A DNA stretch of 63,670 nt, counting the filler, from Myxococcota bacterium (GTDB lineage: Bacteria; Myxococcota_C; UBA6777), in the NCBI GenBank assembly GCA_023150835.1. It is 3 parts of 3 records of this genome, joined end to end, with 100 filler letters (N's around TTAATTAATTAA, not from the genome) between each part and the next. Parts side by side here need not be neighbours in the genome. Positions count along the whole stretch, not along the records: positions 1 to 21,982 come from JAKLKB010000120.1; 2 more parts are not named here. One strand, 5' to 3'. The position numbers and the translations under genes are program-made. Positions within the stretch are counted from its first letter, which is position 1. Every line of letters starts with the position of its first letter. Shown piece after piece: positions 1 to 7,643 of the stretch. Under the pieces are notes generated by a model that saw nothing but the letters and a program-made list of their open reading frames with translations, did no database searches and had not been told where the DNA came from.

Positions 1-135
1 GACTGTCACGTATTGTTCGAGGTAGACTAGGCAATGAACTTCGATTTGTCAACCCTGAACATGGGCTAAAGCCGCTAAAGCGTATAAACCCCTTATATCC
101 CAAGGCTAAAGCTCTTGGGCTTTACGGGCTAACCA
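1..135 (-). mobile_element. IS200/IS605-family element, left end (body lies beyond the window's left edge)
   Basis: Minus strand reads TTAC|TGGTTAGCCCGT-AAAG-CCCAAGAGC-TTTA-GCCTTGGG-ATATAAGG. TTAC (136-139) is followed by an AAAG tetranucleotide at the foot of an imperfect hairpin (99-119), the same cleavage/guide pair as the ISHp608 left end. The upstream gene breaks exactly at this TTAC. Confidence 0.7.
24..52 (-). promoter_or_regulatory. sigma70-type promoter inside the IS end, firing leftwards
   Basis: Minus strand TTGACA (52-47), 17-nt spacer, TAGTCT (29-24). A GTG codon follows at 9-7. Confidence 0.5.
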
Positions 136-518
136 GTAAGCGACCAGCATCCAGCTTCATTAAAATCAACCCCTCGACAGGGATAAGCGGTACTTCTTCT
201 TCTTTTGGGATGACCAAAAAATCGGATAAGGCGGTACGTTTCGGTGGTACTCCCATCAAGTCGACTTGGCCGATCCGCACCATCGGTTCAAGTTCTTTGC
301 GATAAATCAATAACGGAAACACACTTTGGAAGGCTTCTTCTCCCACCAAAAAGTCGACGTCCTTCGTTGCACGCGGATGACCATGCAAGCCCTCCGATCA
401 GAGCGTGGGGAATCCCGAGTTCTGTCAATTTTTGCGAAACATTGATCGCATCCAAGAGAACCTGCGCAGCGACGACTTCCGCAAGTGACTCTATCTTTTG
501 TGTGGTTTTTAAACTCAC
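122..518 (-). pseudogene. MNT/DUF6036-like nucleotidyltransferase, frameshifted and IS-truncated
   Basis: ORF 288-518 supplies ...IPHALIGGLA and ORF 122-388 continues in another frame with HGHPRATKDVDFLV...LILMKLDAGR (GG-x-A...R-x-T-x-D-x-D and KL-x-AGR motifs). Frameshift near 385-390; the usual C-terminal D-x-x-D helix is replaced by IS sequence. Confidence 0.7.
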
Positions 519-1009
519 TTTTCTATCCCTATTAAGGCAATGGCTCCGTTTTCATACTGGACTTCTTCGACTTTTCTTTCTTCGCGTGGTTCTCCAAGTT
601 TGGCTTGTGCTCGCAGGCGTTCGACGAAATTTTTTGATACCGCAACGGATATCGTTGTCGGCGTTTCTTGATCGCCTCGCTTGATGCGCTGAATTCCGTT
701 GGGCGTCACGATGATTCCTGCCAAACCTTCGTAGGGTTGGATTTCTTTGCGCAAAGACTCTCGATCGTTGATCTGCTCCAAGTCGTAGCGGTTTTGCATT
801 TCTAACCACCACTCCGACGGAACATCAAAATATAATCCCAACCGAAACGCCCAATCTGCCGTGATATTTCGTTGATTCTCCAACAATTCTTCGACTTCTT
901 TTCCTTGAAGTCTCAGCTTTTGTGCGAGGACGGATGCATCGATCCCCAACGGTTCCAGAAAGCGTTGGCGGATGATCTCGCCCGGATGTTGTTTGTTTGG
1001 GGAACCCAT
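515..1009 (-). CDS. HigA/VapI-family antitoxin (XRE HTH) with C-terminal extension
   Basis: HPGEII...FLEPLGI...LA...ITADWAFRLGLYFD...WWLEMQNRYDL. Its stop overlaps the next start (ATGA, 515-518). Confidence 0.85.
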   Translation of the reverse strand: MGSPNKQHPGEIIRQRFLEPLGIDASVLAQKLRLQGKEVEELLENQRNITADWAFRLGLYFDVPSEWWLEMQNRYDLEQINDRESLRKEIQPYEGLAGIIVTPNGIQRIKRGDQETPTTISVAVSKNFVERLRAQAKLGEPREERKVEEVQYENGAIALIGIEK

Positions 1010-1115
1010 TTTTGGTCTACCTTTCCTCGCTCAAAAAACTGCTTTGGAACGGCCAAAGAGTCTTTCGGGCGACACCCAGAGACGCTTTGGACTCCAGCAC
1101 AACACGCAAGGCAAA

Positions 1116-2453
1116 TCAAGAGCGGAGCAAAGACAAGATCGCACCCGCCAATCGAAAGGAACCCGTGATCAAACCGACTTCGTTGGGCAGAAGGTGCTGT
1201 TGGAGCGCCTGAAAAGCGGAGGGGATATCGGGATAAAGCTCCATGTGGGTGGGCAGTTCGGCTTGTGCGACTTCGCGCAGGGTTTCCATCGAAACGCCGC
1301 GTGGCCCGGGATTAGGAACCAAGATCAACAGCGGGCAAACGCTCGCAACCAACGCAAGGATCTCGACAAGGCGCTTGTCTTGAGAAAGGGCCAACAAGAC
1401 GCAAGCGGGCGGTTGTTGCTTGTGGATCAAGCAAGCCTCCAAAGAGGCTTGAACGGAGCGCGGAGTGTGCGCTGTATCGAGCAAGATCGAGCGATCGACC
1501 GCAGGCAAAGACTCCAGTCGTGCAGGGATACACAAACTCCCAAGCGATTCGACCCAAGACCACGACCACAACTGGCCGATCACTTGCCGCACAAAGGTCT
1601 GCACCGCCAAGATCGCCAAGACCGCCATGTACGGCTGATGCGACCCCAACAGCGACAAAAAGAACCGATGTTGCGTGCGCGTCTGACGATCTCCGCCTTC
1701 GCAAGTCACCCATGTTCCATCTGAAACAGGCTCCGTTCGCACCACCGCCAGATCGACCCCTACCTCCAAAAGCCGCACACTGCGCTCTCGACAAAGCCCC
1801 AACACCGCACGCATCGCCTGATGCGGCAACGGCCCCACCGCAAGCAATCCTCCCTCTGCGATCACACCCGCCTTTTGCAACGCGATCCCTGCGATATCTT
1901 CGCCCAAAAGCTCGGTGTGTTCTTGTTCGACAGAAGTCAAGCACACAAGGCGCGCCTTGACAGCAGAAGTCGCATCTCCCACGCCACCCAGTCCCGCCTC
2001 ACAGATCACCACTTCCACACCCGCACGCGCAAACAGCCAAAACGCAAGCGCCGTTTCCGCTTCAAATCGACTCAAACCCTCCGCCAACACCGCCTCGGCC
2101 AAGCTGCCCAAGCCCTCGCCCCACAGCGAGACAGACGCCATCTCTCCGTCGATCCGAATCCGTTCGCGCCTCTCCACAAGATGCGGCGACTGATACAAGC
2201 CTGTTCGCAATCCCCCCGCCTGCAACAAACGCTCACACATCCACGCTACCGAGCCTTTGCCCTTGCTTCCGACCAGATGGAGCATAGGGATCGGATAGGG
2301 CCAACAGCCTACACGCATCAAGACCCGCTGCACGGGCTTTTCCGAACGAACAAAGGCTCCCCGCGCAGGCCCTGCCATCTGCTCCAGATCCACCAACGCC
2401 CCCAACCATTCCTCGATATCTTTCCACGATGAGAACGCCGCTTTCTTCACCAC
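1116..2453 (-). CDS. folC: folylpolyglutamate/dihydrofolate synthase
   Basis: GSKGKGS P-loop, SPHL...RERIRI, EAGLGG..DAT, LDTAHTP and ITGSFRLAG motifs. Confidence 0.85.
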   Translation of the reverse strand: MVKKAAFSSWKDIEEWLGALVDLEQMAGPARGAFVRSEKPVQRVLMRVGCWPYPIPMLHLVGSKGKGSVAWMCERLLQAGGLRTGLYQSPHLVERRERIRIDGEMASVSLWGEGLGSLAEAVLAEGLSRFEAETALAFWLFARAGVEVVICEAGLGGVGDATSAVKARLVCLTSVEQEHTELLGEDIAGIALQKAGVIAEGGLLAVGPLPHQAMRAVLGLCRERSVRLLEVGVDLAVVRTEPVSDGTWVTCEGGDRQTRTQHRFFLSLLGSHQPYMAVLAILAVQTFVRQVIGQLWSWSWVESLGSLCIPARLESLPAVDRSILLDTAHTPRSVQASLEACLIHKQQPPACVLLALSQDKRLVEILALVASVCPLLILVPNPGPRGVSMETLREVAQAELPTHMELYPDIPSAFQALQQHLLPNEVGLITGSFRLAGAILSLLRS

Positions 2454-2541
2454 CAGCCTTCGCTCCTCTGCCTACATCTTGCCTTTACAACCACAAACCG
2501 TACACTCTGTGGCACACTCTACGAAAGGGGATTTTTTGTCC

Positions 2542-4107
2542 ATGCACAACCCACATCTCCCGCCCTATTCGTTCTCCTCGTTGCTCACGCTGTTTTCTGC
2601 TCGCCGTCTCTCTTTGTTCTCGGTGGCTTGTCTTGCCTTGTGCGTCCTGTCTTTGGGCTGCCGTCGCCGCGACAAACGCCTGATGGAACTCGAAGGCAAG
2701 ATCGAGATCCTCGAACCTTCGCTGCGTGAAGACAAGAAGTTCAGCGGCCAGCAAACCCTCAAAGTGCTGTTCGAAGATCCAAATGGCCTCGCCACCGCAC
2801 GTTTGTTCTTAAACGAAGCTCCCGTTTGGCAACGCTCCTTTCTTGCGGGAACCACCGCCTCAACGCAAACCATCCTCCTCAACGTATCGAGCGATACCGG
2901 ACAAGCCAAGCTGTCCTTTGTACTCACCGACAGACTCGGCCACACCACAAAGCTTGAGCGCATCGTCAAAGCCGATACCAAAGGACCGACGATTCGGTGG
3001 ATCAGCCCCACGCTTACAGGGATGCCCAAAGAACCCATCGATATCGAGATCGAAGCCTCCGATGCTTCGGGCATCGAATGGGTGCGCGTCCTTCAAGGCG
3101 ACACCGTTTTGGCCCAGATGGAAACGCCTCCCTACGCATTCAGGCTCGATCCCAAAAAACTTCAACTCGAACCCTTCTTTTTTGTCGTCGAAGCCAAAGA
3201 CAAGACGGGCAACGTCACCCAGATCAGCGTCCCCATCCCCCGCAATCTTCCCGGCCTAGGAGAAGCCTGCAACGAAGGTGTCCAATGCCAAGCACGGATG
3301 TACTGTATCCGCGTTCCTCCCGAAAAGATCGGTACTTGCCGCCAGATGTGTACAGGCAACGAACATTGCCAACAAGGGTTCTCATGCGCCCGTGTCGGCG
3401 TGTTTCGCGTCTGTATGCCTTCGGCCAAACAAGTCAAACGACCCGGTCCCTACGAGGTCTGCTCTCCAACCAACCCTTGTATCGACACTTACTACTGCAT
3501 CAAAACGGGCAGCAAGCCTCCGATCTGCCTGCCTGCCTGCGACGGCAATCCCAAGCGTTGCCCACGCGGAACCACCTGTACCCAAGTCGGCGATCAAGCC
3601 GCGTGCGTGATCGACGGAAAGCCCATCCCCATCCAACGTACCATCCGTCCAACGCAACGTGTCGGAGAGCCTTGCGGGCCGCTGCTTGGTTGCCTTGAAG
3701 GTGGTTTTTGCATCCGCGACGGTCTCTCCAACCAGACACGATGCCGCGCAAGCTGCCAACGCGACAGCGATTGCGGCAACAACCAGTTTTGCGATACCGA
3801 AGTCGCCAACCCCGGTGCCTGTATGCCCAAAGCCCAACAGCCACCTCGCGCAGGACTCCACGAAGAATGCACCGCATCACTTCCCTGCAACGACGGATTG
3901 ATCTGCGTTTTTGCCCAAGGCAAGGGCTTTTGCCACAAGCAATGCAACACCGAGTGCGCTGACGCAGGCTACCTCTGCCGCACCGTCCAAGACGATACCT
4001 CCGCTTGTTTCCTGCCCTGCCAACCCATTCAAACCAAATGCCCGGGAAATCTTCGCTGCATCCTCTCCTCCATCGCACCCGCGCAAACCCCCTATATCTG
4101 CCAGTGA
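2542..4107 (+). CDS. Lipoprotein with two Ig-like domains and Cys-rich repeats
   Basis: Lipobox-like LSLGC; beta-rich repeats ending DRLGHTT and DKTGNVT; four G-E-x-C...C...C repeats. Start codon uncertain (ORF is open from 2479). Confidence 0.7.
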   Translation: MHNPHLPPYSFSSLLTLFSARRLSLFSVACLALCVLSLGCRRRDKRLMELEGKIEILEPSLREDKKFSGQQTLKVLFEDPNGLATARLFLNEAPVWQRSFLAGTTASTQTILLNVSSDTGQAKLSFVLTDRLGHTTKLERIVKADTKGPTIRWISPTLTGMPKEPIDIEIEASDASGIEWVRVLQGDTVLAQMETPPYAFRLDPKKLQLEPFFFVVEAKDKTGNVTQISVPIPRNLPGLGEACNEGVQCQARMYCIRVPPEKIGTCRQMCTGNEHCQQGFSCARVGVFRVCMPSAKQVKRPGPYEVCSPTNPCIDTYYCIKTGSKPPICLPACDGNPKRCPRGTTCTQVGDQAACVIDGKPIPIQRTIRPTQRVGEPCGPLLGCLEGGFCIRDGLSNQTRCRASCQRDSDCGNNQFCDTEVANPGACMPKAQQPPRAGLHEECTASLPCNDGLICVFAQGKGFCHKQCNTECADAGYLCRTVQDDTSACFLPCQPIQTKCPGNLRCILSSIAPAQTPYICQ

Positions 4108-4179
4108 ACGACCGCTGCCAGTGAACGACCGCCGCCCCTGCCACACACCTTCCCCCACAACAAGCACAGCAGCGCCTTG

Positions 4180-5949
4180 TCACCCGATCCCTAACTTCCG
4201 CATCTTTCGGCGCAAAACCACCAGACTGATCCCCAAAGACTCGGCAGCTTCGTTGATATCATCGTTGGCGGCCATGACCGCCTCTTGGATCAGGCGCACT
4301 TCCAAAGCGCGGACTTCTTTCTCCAAAAGACTGTGCTGTCCGTTCGCAGCGGCGGTTTTTTGTTGCAAGACCCGCCGAACCAAATCGGCGTCGACAATCG
4401 GGTGTTCGGGATCTAATTCATAAAAACAGCCCGCAACAACACTCCGTAACTCGCGGATATTCATCGACCAACGGTGATCCTTGAGCAAAGCAATGGCTTC
4501 GTCCGAAACAACCGCTGTTGGGAGTCCCTCTTCTTCGCCCAATCGGGCCAAAAAGGCCCGAAACAACTGCGGGATATCTTCGCGACGGTGTCTCAATGGC
4601 GGAACGAGGATGCAATTCTTTTGGAAGATCTCGGCGAGTTCGGGGATCAAGCGTTGTTGCTGAAGCAATTCGTTGAAGGTCACGCTGCTCGTCGCAAGCA
4701 AACGCACATCGCAAGGCCGCCCTTCGGACGCACCGATCGGCGTGATCTCTTGGCTTTTGACCAGCGCCAGCAGTGTGGGTTGAATCCCCAAAGGGATCTC
4801 CCCGATCTCTTCGATCAAAAGGCTTCCGCCCTCGGCGAGTTCGACCTTTCCTTGGCGGGGGCTTGGTTGGTGAGGTGGCTCTGCGACCGCACCACACAAA
4901 GCCAACTCAAACAATTCTTTTGGAAAGTTCGCAGCATTCAAGACCATCAACGGAGATTGACGGCGGGTGCTGGCTTGGTGGATCGCCCTTGCGATACGGC
5001 TCTTTCCAACGCCATCTTCTCCCACAACCAACACAGGCAGTTCTTGGCGAGAGGTCTGTAACAGCCGTATCTTCAGGCTTTGCATCTCGGGGGCGATGCC
5101 TACAAGATTAAGATGCAGGACTTCACGATCTTCTTGAGCGCGTTGCAGCAACGCCAACGTCGAAAAACCTTGACCAAGCAAACGCACCAACGCAGCAAAG
5201 AACCCGACTTCTTGTTCGCTCCAATGCCGCCCTTCGGCGGGCGCGATCAAACACAAGTAGCCGCGCACCAAGTCTTGCAAAACCAGCGGTGCATACATCG
5301 CACGGTATCCGCTCTCTTCGGACACAGCCGAGCGAAACGCCAGCGCAGATGTCTGAAAACGCGCCTCGTGCAACAGCATCTCCGTATAAGCGTCTCCTTC
5401 GCGTAATCCCGACGACCACACTTCTTCTTCAAACGCAAACACCCGATGAGCAGGGTAAAACAGATGCGAAAAAACCTCCATGACATCGCGAACATAACGC
5501 TCCCTGTCCTTGTCTATCGCCAAAAATCGCTCCAAGGCCCGCACCAACCAAGCAGAATGCTCGGCATCGTCCTTCTCAAGGCGCTCACCGCGTGCCATCT
5601 CCTGCAATGTTATCTCCTCTGAAGGGACAGCGATATCGCTTCGAGACAGCGGCGGATAAGCCGAAAAAAAGTAGTCTCGAAACCCCACCGAGATCCGATC
5701 ACCATGCACCAAAACAGCAGCCTCCCCCCTCTGCAAGGCTTTTTTGTTTAGGTAAGTTCCTTCCAAACTTCCGAGATCTTCGAGCCTCCAATCGTTTCCG
5801 CGATGGGTAATCCGCGCATGGATCGGCGAGATCGAGTCGTCTTCGATCACAACATCCGCCTGCTTTGGATCACGGCCAAGGATAGAGCTTCCTTCTTGGG
5901 CAAAGGCAAACCACGTTTTCGCGTTGTTCTCGATCAGAAAGTGCTGCAT
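4180..5949 (-). CDS. FHA + GAF + sigma54-interaction-like AAA+ + Fis-type HTH regulator (degenerate)
   Basis: FHA (LGR...S.IHARI...EDLGSLEGTYLN); Walker A GEDGVGKS; PPLRHRREDIP; C-terminal AAESLGIS...RKMRKLGI. GAFTGA loop absent. Confidence 0.85.
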   Translation of the reverse strand: MQHFLIENNAKTWFAFAQEGSSILGRDPKQADVVIEDDSISPIHARITHRGNDWRLEDLGSLEGTYLNKKALQRGEAAVLVHGDRISVGFRDYFFSAYPPLSRSDIAVPSEEITLQEMARGERLEKDDAEHSAWLVRALERFLAIDKDRERYVRDVMEVFSHLFYPAHRVFAFEEEVWSSGLREGDAYTEMLLHEARFQTSALAFRSAVSEESGYRAMYAPLVLQDLVRGYLCLIAPAEGRHWSEQEVGFFAALVRLLGQGFSTLALLQRAQEDREVLHLNLVGIAPEMQSLKIRLLQTSRQELPVLVVGEDGVGKSRIARAIHQASTRRQSPLMVLNAANFPKELFELALCGAVAEPPHQPSPRQGKVELAEGGSLLIEEIGEIPLGIQPTLLALVKSQEITPIGASEGRPCDVRLLATSSVTFNELLQQQRLIPELAEIFQKNCILVPPLRHRREDIPQLFRAFLARLGEEEGLPTAVVSDEAIALLKDHRWSMNIRELRSVVAGCFYELDPEHPIVDADLVRRVLQQKTAAANGQHSLLEKEVRALEVRLIQEAVMAANDDINEAAESLGISLVVLRRKMRKLGIG

Positions 5950-5979
5950 GGCGTTTTCAACTTTTCTCTGTGCGAAGGG

Positions 5980-6894
5980 TTAGAGAGGAGAGGTGTCGGT
6001 TTCAGAGGATGCGGGAGAAAGCTGTTCGTTGGCTTCTTCGAGCATGGATTCGATCGTCGAATGTTCGCCTTCAAACGTCGACACGCCAAAAGAAAACACC
6101 GCAGGCTCGGGCAACCGCTGCGTAAGCGAATAGTCTTGTACGCGCTGCGTGATACGCTGGATCACCACATGGGCGTTTTGCAAACTGGTCTCTGTCAACA
6201 AAAGACCGAATGTATCGGCCTGAACACGTGCAACAACATCCGCATCACGGATGCTCATCTCCAACACCCCCGCAAGATCCTCGACGATCTCATCGACCGC
6301 TTCTTCGCCTAGCGCCTGACTCAGCGCCGCGTGGTTCGCAAAACAAGCCAAAATACAGCAAAAAGGCCGCTTATAACGGCGCGCACGCGACAGATTCTTT
6401 TTGATCTCTTGGACAAAACGCACCCGATTGTCCAGTCCTGTCCCCCAGTCCGCGTTTGGCAAAAGCTCCCACGCCCCCCCACGTGCCAACATCGGCGACC
6501 CCAAACGAGCAACGTGCCGCGTTTCAAGGCGCTCCAAGGTTTCTCGCAGACGCAAACGAACCTCCGCGACACAAGCCCCTGACGCCACACTTCCCAAGGC
6601 AGCCACAGCCTCCACATCGCCCCATTCATCGGGTTCAACAAACAAAACGTGGCGCGTTCGTTCTCCAGATCGCCCCACCACTTCGATCCGCTGCGCAAGT
6701 GGGATATCGCTGGTCAATACCCAGATCGACGGATCAAACACCTCACGCGAAGGGATCGAAGCCAGCGAAGAAACCTGCAAAAACTCCGCTTGTATGCTCA
6801 TACAAGCCTCGCGCAAGCGCTCGATTTGATCTGCTTGGTTGCCCACCGCAAGAATTTGTAAGCTCGGTGTGTTGTGATTCATCCACGACTCCAC
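5980..6894 (-). CDS. GGDEF-fold protein with degenerate active site
   Basis: D.GTGLDNR...RARRYKRP...IRDADVVARVQADTFGLLL...FSFGV: GGDEF fold with QADTF at the A-site and an intact RxxD (RDAD). Confidence 0.8.
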   Translation of the reverse strand: MESWMNHNTPSLQILAVGNQADQIERLREACMSIQAEFLQVSSLASIPSREVFDPSIWVLTSDIPLAQRIEVVGRSGERTRHVLFVEPDEWGDVEAVAALGSVASGACVAEVRLRLRETLERLETRHVARLGSPMLARGGAWELLPNADWGTGLDNRVRFVQEIKKNLSRARRYKRPFCCILACFANHAALSQALGEEAVDEIVEDLAGVLEMSIRDADVVARVQADTFGLLLTETSLQNAHVVIQRITQRVQDYSLTQRLPEPAVFSFGVSTFEGEHSTIESMLEEANEQLSPASSETDTSPL

Positions 6895-7009
6895 AACCCG
6901 CTACAACGGGTTTCTTTGCAACTCTTCTATTTCCGTGATCCGCGCCTGTCATATCGACCGACAGATCGTCTTTGTGTTTCTTTGCAGCGCATCGACTCGC
7001 ATGACCCCA

Positions 7010-7474
7010 TCAAGACGGGTGGGGCAACATCGAAGCCTCTTCGCTTGAGGGTGGCTTTGTACCACAAGAACGACAACCGCCACACGCTCGGATCTCTTCG
7101 TGGATCAACGCCACCTCGATCTGGCCCACAATCAAACAACGGCCATCTTCTTCATAGCTTAATTCTTCTAAAACAAACGGCTGCCTCGGCTCACCACTTC
7201 GTTGGCCTGACCACACCCCCAAAGCCGCTCGCAACGAAAAAAATTGCTTGAATAACATAAATTCTTCATGCAAACGCAACGAAGATATCGCGAGAACCCA
7301 CGTCTCCAATCCCTGCGACAAGATCTCGTTTGCTGAACGCCCCCGAACGTAGGCCAATATCTGCGCTCCCCCCACAGCCTGCCCGCACGTCCGCTTAAAC
7401 AAACGCAGGTCCACGATCCGCTCCTCTTCATCCAACAACACCTCAAAAACTTCTGTCTGATCTGCACAAGGCAT
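7010..7474 (-). CDS. Cys-motif hypothetical protein, possible metal/Fe-S binding
   Basis: Likely start ATG 7474 after a purine-rich RBS; MPC...KRTCGQAVG...CGGCRSCG. Confidence 0.55.
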   Translation of the reverse strand: MPCADQTEVFEVLLDEEERIVDLRLFKRTCGQAVGGAQILAYVRGRSANEILSQGLETWVLAISSLRLHEEFMLFKQFFSLRAALGVWSGQRSGEPRQPFVLEELSYEEDGRCLIVGQIEVALIHEEIRACGGCRSCGTKPPSSEEASMLPHPS

Positions 7475-7479
7475 CTCTT

Positions 7480-7643
7480 CACCCTCAACACGAACAAACA
7501 TCGCACCGCCAACGCGACCACAGGCGCCGATCGCGCCGTACCGCCTCAAAGAGACGATTGCTCACCCTCAACTCAAACAAATACCGCACCGCCAACACTA
7601 CCACGGGCGCAGATCGCGCCGTATCGCCTCAAAGATACGATTG
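7480..7643. repeat. Diverged tandem duplication, two ~83-bp copies
   Basis: CACCCTCAAC...CGCACCGCCAAC...GATCGCGCCGTA.CGCCTCAAAGA.ACGATTG starts at 7480 and again at 7563; the second copy contains the end of the Hsp70-like gene. Confidence 0.85.
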
